Shown here: in pieces, positions 17,817-26,954 of the stretch | How the letters are laid out: each line of letters begins with the position of its first letter | Position numbering within the stretch: the stretch's first letter is position 1 | NCBI RefSeq assembly: GCF_000017845.1 | Contig: NC_010546.1 | Location: 3,480,001-3,512,000 of the forward strand | Direction of reading: 5' to 3' | From: Crocosphaera subtropica ATCC 51142 | GTDB taxonomy: Bacteria > Cyanobacteriota > Cyanobacteriia > Cyanobacteriales > Microcystaceae | Length of the DNA: 32,000 bases | Position numbers and translations under genes: made by a program | Notes under the pieces: model-generated | Seen by the model: only the letters and a program-made list of their open reading frames with translations | Told to the model about the DNA's origin: nothing | The model's database searches: none

Positions 17817-18740
17817 TCAAATGTTCTGATCCGATGCAAGATTACAAGGGTATTTCGGATCACCCGTTTCTATTTGTAAAGTAGGATGTTCAATACCGAA
17901 CAAATCATGGAGTTGTTGAGAGGTTTCTGTTAAAAAGTTATCCCCTGGGAAGCCATTAGGCATCACTAAATGAACCGTTAACGCTGTTTCACGGGTACTC
18001 ATCGCCCAGATATGAAGATCATGAATATGATCAACCCCAGGAAGTTCTGTTAAATAAGTTCTGACCGCTTGGGGTTCAATAGCAACAGGAACTGCATCTA
18101 AGGCTAAATTAACGGAATCTTTCAACAGTTGCCATGTTCCAAAAACAATAACAACCACAATGACTAAACTAACCACCGGGTCAAACCATAACCAACCGGT
18201 TAATAGAATAGCGACACCGGTCAAAACCACCCCTAAAGAGATTAAAGCATCGGCTGACATATGTAAAAATGCCCCGCGAATGTTTAAATCGTGATCTCGT
18301 CCTGACATAAATAATAGGGCAGTAGCGGTATTAATAATGACTCCCACCAACGCAACCATCATAATCGTCATACCAGGAATAGGGGTAGGATTAAATAATC
18401 GAGAAATTGCCTCCCAAGCAATGCCTCCCATGACTAATAATAGGGTTAAAGCGTTCAACAAAGCAGCTAAAATAGAAGAACGACGTAAACCATAGGTATA
18501 ACGTTGTGTCGGAGGACGTTGGGCTAAAAAGTTGCCCCCCCAAGCTACCAACAAACCAAAGACATCACTGAGATTATGACCGGCATCAGCTAATAAAGAA
18601 AGAGACTGAGTCCAAAACCCAAAAGCAAACTCAATGACCACAAAAATCACATTCAAAACAGTCCCGATCACAAAAGCGCGAGTATAGTTAGAAGGGGAGT
18701 GATCATGGTGGTGATGGTGATGGGTATGAGAATCAGGCAT
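17817..18740 (-). CDS. Cation diffusion facilitator (CzcD/ZitB-like) divalent metal efflux transporter
   Basis: The N-terminus is His-rich (HTHHHHHHDH). CDF TM2/TM5 metal-site motifs are present (LLADAGHNLSD and HMSADALISLGV), along with a C-terminal cytoplasmic domain (HDLHIW). Confidence 0.85.
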   Translation of the reverse strand: MPDSHTHHHHHHDHSPSNYTRAFVIGTVLNVIFVVIEFAFGFWTQSLSLLADAGHNLSDVFGLLVAWGGNFLAQRPPTQRYTYGLRRSSILAALLNALTLLLVMGGIAWEAISRLFNPTPIPGMTIMMVALVGVIINTATALLFMSGRDHDLNIRGAFLHMSADALISLGVVLTGVAILLTGWLWFDPVVSLVIVVVIVFGTWQLLKDSVNLALDAVPVAIEPQAVRTYLTELPGVDHIHDLHIWAMSTRETALTVHLVMPNGFPGDNFLTETSQQLHDLFGIEHPTLQIETGDPKYPCNLASDQNI

Positions 18741-18803
18741 AATAAGAGTTTGATGTGGTAATGAGAAAAAGGACAGGCAGGGACAATTTAGTTATAGTTT
18801 AAT

Positions 18804-20183
18804 ATGACTCATCTATTATCTTGGCATTGGCGATCGCTTCCCTTAAAAAATTTAACAGGTTCAGAGGTTTTTGAGAGGTTATTTGCTTCTGATGCAACCA
18901 TCGCTACTCTTCTAGAAAGCCCTTTTCCTACCCCTTCTGATTATCCTTATCTATCTCGTTATTCTATTTGTGCAGGGGAACCCAGTGTTATTGACGGCCA
19001 ACCTCAATTATGGACTCCAAAATTGGGAAATGTCTTGCCCTTTTTACAGCAATTATTAACACAAAAAACCGATCAGTCATTTCTTCCTGAACACCTGCCC
19101 TTTGTAGGAGGGTGGTTAGGATGGTTAGGTTATGATCTAGCTTGGGAAATTGAATCTTTACCTCATTATAATCATGATCCCCTTCCTTTCCCCGTTGCCT
19201 ATTGGTACGCACCCGAATCTTTTGCTATTTTAGATCATCTCGAACAAAAATTATGGTTAGCGAGTTACTCTTTGAAAGAGTTAGATAACTTGCAATCTAA
19301 ATTAGAAACAAAAACCTATTCTCTTCCTTATCCTCTCAAGGCTTCTCCCTCTCATTTATGTTTTTATACCCATCAAAAAGAATATGAAAATGCTGTTCGT
19401 CAGGCTAAAAAGTATATTCAAGCAGGGGATATTTTTCAAGCTAATCTCTCTTTAAGATTTCAAAGCACAACTTCATTAACCAGTTGGCAACTCTATAAAA
19501 AATTACAACAAATTAATCCCTCTCCTTTTGCTAGTTATTGGCGATCGCCTTGGGGAGATATGATTAGTTGTTCCCCGGAAAGATTAGTCAGTTTAAATAA
19601 TAAAATTGCTCAAACCCGTCCCATTGCCGGAACTCGTCCCCGTGGCCAGAATTTTACACAAGAAACAGCGATGTTAATGGAATTGTCTTCTGATATCAAA
19701 GAAAGGGCAGAACATATCATGTTAGTTGATTTAGAGCGTAACGATTTAGGGAAAGTTTGTCAATGGGGTTCCGTAGAAGTGGATGAATTATTAACCATTG
19801 AAAGATATAGTCATGTTATTCATTTAGTCAGTAATATTAAAGGCAAATTACATCAAAATAAAACATCCATTGATCTGATTAAAGCCTTATTTCCTGGGGG
19901 AACTATCACGGGATGTCCCAAAGTGAGATGTTTAGAAATTATTGAAGAATTAGAACCCGTTAAACGTAATTTATTCTATGGTTCTTGTGGTTATTTAGAC
20001 TACCGAGGAAATGTAGACTTAAATATCTTAATTCGTACTCTATTATATACGCCTTTATCTTCTAATTTATCCAGTGTTTGGGGACAAGTGGGTGCCGGAA
20101 TTGTGGCTGACAGTCATCCCGAAAAAGAATGGTTTGAGTCTCTACAAAAAGCAAAAGCACAGTTAAAAGCCTTGAATTTATAA
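18804..20183 (+). CDS. Chorismate-utilising enzyme, aminodeoxychorismate synthase component I / anthranilate synthase component I family
   Basis: The C-terminal chorismate-binding domain motifs are present (SPERL, RPIAGTRPRG, ERAEHIMLVDLERND, GGTITGCPK, YGSCGY). The short 459-aa length fits PabB better than TrpE. Confidence 0.75.
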   Translation: MTHLLSWHWRSLPLKNLTGSEVFERLFASDATIATLLESPFPTPSDYPYLSRYSICAGEPSVIDGQPQLWTPKLGNVLPFLQQLLTQKTDQSFLPEHLPFVGGWLGWLGYDLAWEIESLPHYNHDPLPFPVAYWYAPESFAILDHLEQKLWLASYSLKELDNLQSKLETKTYSLPYPLKASPSHLCFYTHQKEYENAVRQAKKYIQAGDIFQANLSLRFQSTTSLTSWQLYKKLQQINPSPFASYWRSPWGDMISCSPERLVSLNNKIAQTRPIAGTRPRGQNFTQETAMLMELSSDIKERAEHIMLVDLERNDLGKVCQWGSVEVDELLTIERYSHVIHLVSNIKGKLHQNKTSIDLIKALFPGGTITGCPKVRCLEIIEELEPVKRNLFYGSCGYLDYRGNVDLNILIRTLLYTPLSSNLSSVWGQVGAGIVADSHPEKEWFESLQKAKAQLKALNL

Positions 20184-20324
20184 GTCTTCAGCTATCGGCC
20201 ATCAGCTATTTTCATATAACACTGACTGCTGAATGCTTACGATCATGCTATTATATAAATGAATTAATCTTGTTTTTTGTCTGCTTAATATTTTTGTTTT
20301 TTCTAAATCTATTTTTCTTGAATT

Positions 20325-21308
20325 ATGTCTTTAATTCCCATTCCTCCTTCCTGGACTATTTCGGAAAATAAAATCACTCCTGAAACCATTTATTTTAACC
20401 GTCGTCGCCTCTTAAAAGGGATGATCGGGGCAAGTATCGCCAGCAGTTTAATTCCCCTTTCAGGATGTCAAAAATCAGCCTCTCAAACCGCATTAGAAGC
20501 AACTTTACAAAAACCTAAAATTCCAGGGGTTAAAACTTCTCCTGAATTTAGTCAAGTGGATCGTCCCATGACCAAAGAAATTTTAGCCGGACAATATAAC
20601 AATTTTTATGAATTTGGAGGAAACAAAAAAATATGGTTAAATGCCCAAAATTTACCTACAGAAAATTGGAAAGTAGAAGTTACTGGATTAGTCAATAATC
20701 CCAAAACTTATGACATCGATGATTTAAAAAAGAAATTCCCTTTAGAAGAAAGAATTTATCGTTTTCGTTGTGTTGAAGCTTGGTCGATGGTCTTACCTTG
20801 GGTTGGGTTTCCTATGAAAGCATTAATGGCAGCAGTCGAACCTAAAAGCGACGCAAAATATGTTCGTTTTACCTCTTTTTACGATAAAGATATTACCACT
20901 GGTCCCAGTTTTCACCTTGGTTATTTACCCTGGCCTTATCAAGAAGGATTAAGAATTGAAGAAATGGCCAACGAGTTAGCCTTTTTTGCTGTGGGAATTT
21001 ATGGCCATGATTTACCGAAACAACATGGCGCACCTTTACGAATGGTTATTCCTTGGAAATATGGATTTAAAGGCGCAAAATCCATTGTCAAAATTGAATT
21101 TTTAAAAGAACAACCCGCAACTTATTGGAACACTATCGACCCCAACGAATACGATTTTGAAGCCAATGTTAACCCTAACAAACCCCATCCTCGTTGGTCC
21201 CAAGCAACAGAAAAATTTATTAGTACAGGACCTGGATTATCTTGGGAAATAAAAGAGACATTACCTTACAATGGTTATGGGGAATATGTCGCTAGTTTAT
21301 ATTCGTAA
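20325..21308 (+). CDS. msrP: Protein-methionine-sulfoxide reductase catalytic subunit MsrP (YedY-type molybdopterin oxidoreductase)
   Basis: A Tat signal is present (NRRRLLKGMIGAS). YedY-like motifs are YNNFYEFG, YRFRCVEAWSMV.PW.GF and GAPLRMVIPWKYGFK. Confidence 0.8.
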   Translation: MSLIPIPPSWTISENKITPETIYFNRRRLLKGMIGASIASSLIPLSGCQKSASQTALEATLQKPKIPGVKTSPEFSQVDRPMTKEILAGQYNNFYEFGGNKKIWLNAQNLPTENWKVEVTGLVNNPKTYDIDDLKKKFPLEERIYRFRCVEAWSMVLPWVGFPMKALMAAVEPKSDAKYVRFTSFYDKDITTGPSFHLGYLPWPYQEGLRIEEMANELAFFAVGIYGHDLPKQHGAPLRMVIPWKYGFKGAKSIVKIEFLKEQPATYWNTIDPNEYDFEANVNPNKPHPRWSQATEKFISTGPGLSWEIKETLPYNGYGEYVASLYS

Positions 21309-21321
21309 GAGAATGCAGATG

Positions 21322-21576
21322 CAATTAACTTATATATGATATCAAATCCGTCTGCGATAGGAGACTCAACATTTTAGTCAATAACGTGAGTTCGATGTTA
21401 GGAGTTCGGAGGTCGGAGGTCGGAGTTAGAATTTTTTAAACGAGGGAATCAGAGTTTGAGACTTCTTGTTGGTTGTCAGTTTTCCATAGATTCTCTTCCG
21501 TCGAACTCAGGTCAATACTTTTCTTTGTTTATGTTTGTGAGTCTCATTTGTAAAGCGGATTTGGTATAGTTAATTG
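21322..21576. mobile_element. MITE-like, ~255-bp imperfect palindromic element
   Basis: The terminal inverted repeat is caattaact (21322-21330) / agttaattg (21568-21576). Nested arm pairings are atatcaaatccg / cggatttggtat (one mismatch), gagactca / tgagtctc, and tgagttcga / tcgaactca. There is no coding capacity. The element lies 13 nt from the msrP stop and 12 nt from the convergent gene's stop. Confidence 0.55.
21401..21428. repeat. Heptamer tandem repeat (GGAGKTM x4) inside the MITE-like element
   Basis: The four consecutive units are ggagttc ggaggtc ggaggtc ggagtta. Confidence 0.8.
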
Positions 21577-21588
21577 AATTTTCATTCC

Positions 21589-23212
21589 CTAAATAACACT
21601 ACTTAAAAAATTAACTTTCCATAATTCTAGATGATCATCTCTAAATACCCTAGTAACTTCAGCGTTTTCTAATTGTTCTAAGGTTTCTTTTCCTTGATTT
21701 GTAACCGTTAATAAAAAAACATTTTGAAACTCTTGAGATAGTTGATAATTATAAGTATCTGAGAATAATTGTAACTTAACATTAGAATCAAGTAAATAAC
21801 TTAATGCCATAATATTACCAGGATTATAACTTTTATAATTACCGATTAATAAAGAGGAATTACTCTGATTAATAATTTGGGCTACTTTGGGTAAGCTATA
21901 ACTGATTACCTTCGTATAAGAGGTATTTTTTTGTAAATTATTGATGCAAGATAGAAGACTAACTGAAAAAATAATCAGGGTAATTATTGACCAAATTCTA
22001 GTATTAAATATTTGAGGAGATATTAATTGATTGGTTAATAAATAAGCGATACTAACATCAGTAACAATATAAAAAGGAATTAAATAACGAGGAGAGAGAG
22101 AACGAACACCTCCTACAACAATATCTGGAATTAATAAACATAAAATTTGAACAACCATCATAATCATAATGAATAGCCAACATTTTTTAGGGGTATTCTT
22201 AATGAGGAAATAGAGAGAATACAAGACTAAAACTAAATAAATGATAATGACAAAATTAGTAATATTACTATTGAATTTTAAATCGAAGTCTACAAAAATG
22301 CGACTGATATTAAACCCCCAATATTTTAATAAGTATATAGCTGAAAAATGAAACTGTTTTGTCCAACTGGTGATTTGTTGATATCTTTCATAATTGGCAA
22401 TAAAAACTCCAATCCAAGGAGTAAATAAAATGACAGAAATTATCAAAGAAATACTATGAAAAATAAAAACTTTTGTTAATCTAAATCGAGTCAATAAAAC
22501 AGTATAAGCTATTTGAGCTATTACCACAAATAAAGTAAATAAAGAAGTATAAAAACTTAGGGTGATTAAAAGTGTATAAATGATCCACATTAAATAAGAT
22601 TTAGATATGCTGATATTTTGAGACTGTGTTAACTCAATACACTTTAATAAAGCAGCACTGGATAAAGTAATTAAAACTGTCCATAAAGCATATTCTCTAG
22701 CTTCTTGAGCATAAAGAATATAAAAAGGAGAAATGGCAATTAATCCTAGGGAAATACCACTTACAATATGTTGTTTAAATAATTGCCAACTTAACCAATA
22801 GATAGCAGGAAAAAATAATAAACTAACCCAAACAGAGAAGCTTCTAATCACTGTACGAGAATCTCCGAACAGTTGCCGCCAGGTTCTGACTAAAATATAA
22901 TATAAAGGAGGATGATGGGGATTCTTCGATCGCCAAAACCTTGAGGGTATCTCCTAAAGTTTTGTGAGGATGATTTTGTAAATAATAGTGTAGTTGTTTA
23001 GGTTCAAAAATTTCTCCCGTAAATAAATTATCTTTCCAATCATTCATGAAAAATCCACTAATATGTAAACTGGTAAATATTTCATCATGCCAGTAAACTT
23101 TTTGTTCAATATTGGTAAATCTAAAAAGGATTCCTAATACAACACATATAAATAGGATTAGATACAAAGACAGAAAGAACTTAGAAAATTTGATTGGATA
23201 ATAATTAGGCAT
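21589..23212 (-). pseudogene. Glycosyltransferase family 39 (PMT_2/ArnT-like) membrane protein, interrupted by a frameshift
   Basis: Two adjacent ORFs (23212-22844 and 22851-21589) are halves of one GT39-type protein. The upstream ORF ends ..LKVLAIEES. The other frame, open from 22953 and continuous with the 420-aa ORF, reads NPHHPPLYYILVRTWRQLFGDSRTVIRSFSVWVSLLFFPAIYW, the conserved HPPLYY region. The shift maps to about 22917-22927. Confidence 0.7.
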
Positions 23213-24542
23213 AATTAGAACTGGTTTGCATATTCAAAAATTTAGTTAATTCTGGCTGAAATAATAGTCTGACGGTTCCCGTCGGTCCGTTACGATGCTT
23301 GGTTAAAAGAATTTCAGCTATTCCTCTATCAACGGTATCGGGGTTGTAATATTCGTCTCGATATAACATCATAATTAAATCTGCATCTTGTTCAATAGCA
23401 CCACTTTCTCGTAAATCTGACATCATCGGACGCTTATTATTTCTCGCTTCAACTGCACGACTCAATTGAGATAAAGCAATCACAGGGGCTTTAATTTCAC
23501 GGGCTAAACCCTTCAAAGAACGGGTTATTTTTGATAATTCTTGAACTCTATTTTCACTACCTGCACCTTCCATTAATTGTAAATAGTCGATCAAAACTAA
23601 ACCAAATTCTCCTTTTTTTTCTGCTAACAGACGACGAACTTGGGATCGAATTTGGGTCACTGTAATGTTAGCAGCATCATCGATATAAATCGGTAAATTG
23701 GATAAAGTTCCAATAGCAATACTAATCTTTTCATAGTCATTTTGAACAAATCTACCGGATCGCAAACGGTTACTTTCGATTCCTGCTTCTGCTGCTAATA
23801 AACGCATAGAAAGTTGTTCTTTTGACATTTCTAAACTGAACATTGCCACCGGTAAATCAAAGTTTTTGGCAATATTTGCGGCCATTCCCAACCCGAATGC
23901 TGTCTTGCCCATAGATGGACGACCCGCTATTATAATTAAGTCAGAACGTTGCAATCCTCCCGTCATCGCATCTAGGTCATAAAACCCGGTTTCGATACCT
24001 GGAAGTGCCGTTTGTTCATGAAGTTTCTCTAACTCATTAAATGTTTTAATAATAGTATCAGAAATAGGAATTAATCCCTCTTGAGGACGCTTTTGAGTTA
24101 AGGCAAAAATCTTTTTTTCTGACTCATCTAAAACAATTTCTAATTCTTGAGTTGTTTCAAATCCTAAATCAACAATTTCATGACCCGCAGCAATCAATTG
24201 TCGGCGTAAATATTTATCCATTACCAAAGTTGCGTAACGGTCAATATTCACAGCAGAAACTGTCCTATCCAATAACTGAGTTAATTTATTTAATCCACCA
24301 ATTTTTTCTAATAAATGGTGATCTTCTAAAGTGCTTTTAACCGTTAAAAAATCTGTCGGTTGTCCCTGTCCATGTAACTTTAAGGCTGCATGATAAATAT
24401 CTTTATGGGACTGTATATAAAACGCTTCTGGGGTTATTAAATCTACCACCCGTCCCATTGCTTCAGGATCAAGCAAAATTCCACCTAAAATAGACTCTTC
24501 AGCTTCAATATTTTGGGGAGGAAGGGTTTGATTAACAACCAT
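23205..24542 (-). CDS. dnaB: Replicative DNA helicase DnaB
   Basis: The N-terminal PPQNIEAEESILGGILLD is present, with Walker A GRPSMGKTAF, Walker B LVLIDYLQLM and the RecA-like C-terminus (SQLSRAVE, IEQDADLI). I chose ATG 24542 as the start. The sequence is contiguous, with no intein. Confidence 0.93.
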   Translation of the reverse strand: MVVNQTLPPQNIEAEESILGGILLDPEAMGRVVDLITPEAFYIQSHKDIYHAALKLHGQGQPTDFLTVKSTLEDHHLLEKIGGLNKLTQLLDRTVSAVNIDRYATLVMDKYLRRQLIAAGHEIVDLGFETTQELEIVLDESEKKIFALTQKRPQEGLIPISDTIIKTFNELEKLHEQTALPGIETGFYDLDAMTGGLQRSDLIIIAGRPSMGKTAFGLGMAANIAKNFDLPVAMFSLEMSKEQLSMRLLAAEAGIESNRLRSGRFVQNDYEKISIAIGTLSNLPIYIDDAANITVTQIRSQVRRLLAEKKGEFGLVLIDYLQLMEGAGSENRVQELSKITRSLKGLAREIKAPVIALSQLSRAVEARNNKRPMMSDLRESGAIEQDADLIMMLYRDEYYNPDTVDRGIAEILLTKHRNGPTGTVRLLFQPELTKFLNMQTSSNYA

Positions 24543-24674
24543 GATCAACTTAACTTAACAACACAACATCCTAATTTTACTCTAATTTTGCTATTTAGGT
24601 AATTGTGTACTAAATATTGAATCCAGACTCCTTGATCAGTTATGCTAAAAATTATAACAATAACGATTTAAACA

Positions 24675-25598
24675 ATGAAAATCGCAATTACTGGCGCAAC
24701 TGGATTTGTGGGAACTCGATTAGTCAATCGTTTAAAAGATGAAGACCATCAATTTGTTATCTTCACCCGAAACGTTAATCGTGCTAAAACAATTTATCCT
24801 GCTTCTACTTTTCCTACTGTAGAGATTGTTCCTTATAATGCTAAAGAATCAGGAGAGTGGCAAGATAAAATTTCGGGATGTAATGCTGTGGTTAATTTAG
24901 CAGGAGAACCTATTGCAGAAAGATGGAGTCCTGAACATAAAAAAGCCATCTTAGAAAGTCGTCAGTTAGGAACCCGAAAAATTGTCGAAGCCATTACTAA
25001 AGCAAAAGATAAACCTTCAGTGTTAATTAATCCTTCTGCCGTTGGTTATTATGGTACTAGCGAAACCAAAACGTTCGACGAAAATAGTCCTCCTGGTAAC
25101 GATTTTTTAGCCGAAGTTTGCCAAGCTTGGGAAAGCGAAGCACAAGAAGTTAAAAAAGCAAATGTCCGTTTAGTGATTTTGCGGTTCGGTATTGTTTTAG
25201 GTAAAGGTGGGGCTTTAGCTCGAATGATTCCCCCCTTTAAACTATTTGCTGGAGGACCTATAGGCAGTGGTCGTCAGTGGTTTTCTTGGATTCATATTGA
25301 TGATTTAGTCGAGTTAATTAAAGAGTCTTTGAAACGATCAGGCATTGTGGGAACTTTTAATGCTACATCCCCTAATCCTGTGCGGATGAATGAACTCTGT
25401 GAAACCCTAGGGGAAGTGATGAATCGTCCCTCTTGGTTACCTGTGCCAGATTTTGCCTTAGAAGTTATCCTAGGAGAAGGATCAAAACTTGTTCTAGAAG
25501 GTCAACAAGTATTGCCCAAAGAAACCCTAGCATTAGGATTTCAATATCAATATCCTACAATTAAATCAGCCTTAATGGATATTGTTCCTAAGATGTAA
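24675..25598 (+). CDS. TIGR01777-family NAD-dependent epimerase/dehydratase-like protein (YfcH type, C-terminal DUF1731)
   Basis: The Rossmann motif ITGATGFVG is present, followed by LAGEPIA.RW, GSGRQWFSWIH.DD and the typical C-terminal L...GF.F.YP. Confidence 0.75.
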   Translation: MKIAITGATGFVGTRLVNRLKDEDHQFVIFTRNVNRAKTIYPASTFPTVEIVPYNAKESGEWQDKISGCNAVVNLAGEPIAERWSPEHKKAILESRQLGTRKIVEAITKAKDKPSVLINPSAVGYYGTSETKTFDENSPPGNDFLAEVCQAWESEAQEVKKANVRLVILRFGIVLGKGGALARMIPPFKLFAGGPIGSGRQWFSWIHIDDLVELIKESLKRSGIVGTFNATSPNPVRMNELCETLGEVMNRPSWLPVPDFALEVILGEGSKLVLEGQQVLPKETLALGFQYQYPTIKSALMDIVPKM

Positions 25599-25644
25599 AT
25601 GACTATTTTTTCTTAATTAATTGCAACATTTAAGGGTGTCAATT

Positions 25645-26922
25645 ATGGCTCATATTGTTGTTATTGGCGGAGGAATAGGAGGATTACCAACAGCCTATGA
25701 ATTGCGCCATTTACTCTTGTCTTCCCATCAAATTACCCTTGTTTCTAATCAACCAAACTTTACTTTTATTCCGTCTTTACCTTGGGTAGCATTAAACTTA
25801 ATTTCATTGCAACGTATTCAATTAGATATAAAGTCTTTACTACAAAAACGAGGCATTAACTGGCTTTTAGGGACAGTAACTCAGCTTGAGCCAGAAAAAA
25901 AACAGATTTTAGTGGAAAATGAGACAATAACCTATGATTATCTTATCGTTGCTACCGGCGCTGAACTGGCTTTAGATACCATTCCTGGACTTGGACCTGA
26001 GATGGGATATACTCAATCTGTGTGTAATCCTCACCATGCAACGCAAGCGGGTGAAGCTTGGTCTGAATTTTTAGCTGATCCTGGCCCGTTAATTGTGGGG
26101 GCAGTTCCAGGGGCAAGTTGTTTTGGACCAGCCTATGAATTTGCGATGTTAGCAAATGCAACCCTCAGACAGTCTCAACCGTGGAAACAAGTTCCTATTA
26201 CCTTTGTCACCCCAGAACCCTATGTGGGACATTTAGGGATAGGTAGCATGGCTAACTCTCAGGCATTAGTTAGGGAACTCATGGCAAAGCATAACATTAA
26301 TATTCTAGAAAATGCTGCTATTTGTCATATTTCACCTGATACGATTTACTTATCCAACGGTGAAAGGTTGCCCTTTAAGTATGCCATGGTGTTACCTCCC
26401 TTTCGAGGACCTAGTTTCTTGCGAGAAATCCCTGGCTTAACCGATGAACAAGGATTTTTACCGGTTTTGCCCACTGGGCAACATCCTGACTATCCATCTC
26501 TTTACGGTATCGGTGTTGTTGTCAAAATTAACCCCCCAGAAGTCACATCTATCCCCATCGGGGTTCCCAAAACTGGACAAATGACAGAAGCAATGGGAAT
26601 GGCAGCAGCCCATAATATTGCTTGTGAATTAGGAGAACTATCGAGTCATTTGATGATTCCAACCCTAGAAGCCTTATGTTTGGCTGATTTTGGAGAAACA
26701 GGGGTTTGTTTTCTTGCTGCCCCCATTTTACCCGATGCTATCACAGGACAACGCAGAAAAGCGATCGCCTTACAAGGACAATGGGTGAATTGGAGTAAAA
26801 CGGCGTTTGAGCAATTTTTCTTATTAAAAATGCGTTTGGGTTGGTCAGTTCCTTGGTTTGAACGGTTAGCTTTGCAAGGGTTGGGATTATCTTTAGTTAA
26901 ACCCTTACCAAATCAAACCTAG
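25645..26922 (+). CDS. sqr: Sulfide:quinone oxidoreductase, type I (SqrA-like)
   Basis: The FAD-binding motif VVIGGGIGGLPTA is present. Three conserved SQR cysteines sit in context: SVCNPHHA, GASCFGPAYEF and LCLADFGE. GVPKTGQM is also present, and similarity to Aquifex/cyanobacterial SQR as I recall them runs along the whole length. I chose ATG 25645, because the track's start at 25621 is a TTG. Confidence 0.8.
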   Translation: MAHIVVIGGGIGGLPTAYELRHLLLSSHQITLVSNQPNFTFIPSLPWVALNLISLQRIQLDIKSLLQKRGINWLLGTVTQLEPEKKQILVENETITYDYLIVATGAELALDTIPGLGPEMGYTQSVCNPHHATQAGEAWSEFLADPGPLIVGAVPGASCFGPAYEFAMLANATLRQSQPWKQVPITFVTPEPYVGHLGIGSMANSQALVRELMAKHNINILENAAICHISPDTIYLSNGERLPFKYAMVLPPFRGPSFLREIPGLTDEQGFLPVLPTGQHPDYPSLYGIGVVVKINPPEVTSIPIGVPKTGQMTEAMGMAAAHNIACELGELSSHLMIPTLEALCLADFGETGVCFLAAPILPDAITGQRRKAIALQGQWVNWSKTAFEQFFLLKMRLGWSVPWFERLALQGLGLSLVKPLPNQT

Positions 26923-26954
26923 GGTCGAAGGGTCATTCGCCTTTACATTAAGCT

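Noticed and set aside
6015-19212. Other short nested ORFs: 6015-6197, 6647-6883, 7334-7578, 8964-9167, 9623-9805, 10592-10804, 11123-11338, 14083-14313, 15067-15330, 17353-17541 and 18988-19212. Further examples outside the stated range are 24152-24340, 25952-26161, 30120-30302 and 31118-31336.
   Set aside because: Each lies wholly inside a longer ORF that has recognisable family motifs, on the other strand or in another frame. None has independent support.
21401-21428. The tandem heptamers raised the possibility of a CRISPR or other repeat array.
   Set aside because: The units are only 7 nt, directly abutting with no spacers, and present in four copies. This is a microsatellite-like feature of the element, not a CRISPR.
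21386-21510. tRNA T-arm-like strings (gagttcga / tcgaactc) suggested a tRNA gene or tRNA-derived element.
   Set aside because: No cloverleaf, acceptor stem or anticodon arm can be drawn. The two strings are simply complementary arms of the larger palindromic element.
22844-22953. The GT39 gene might use programmed ribosomal frameshifting.
   Set aside because: I see no slippery heptamer or downstream structure in the overlap window. A homopolymer indel, whether a mutation or a sequencing error, is the simpler explanation.
23205-24548. DnaB might contain an intein, as in some cyanobacteria.
   Set aside because: The protein is about 445 aa, with the Walker A, Walker B and C-terminal motifs contiguous. 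There is no extra insertion.
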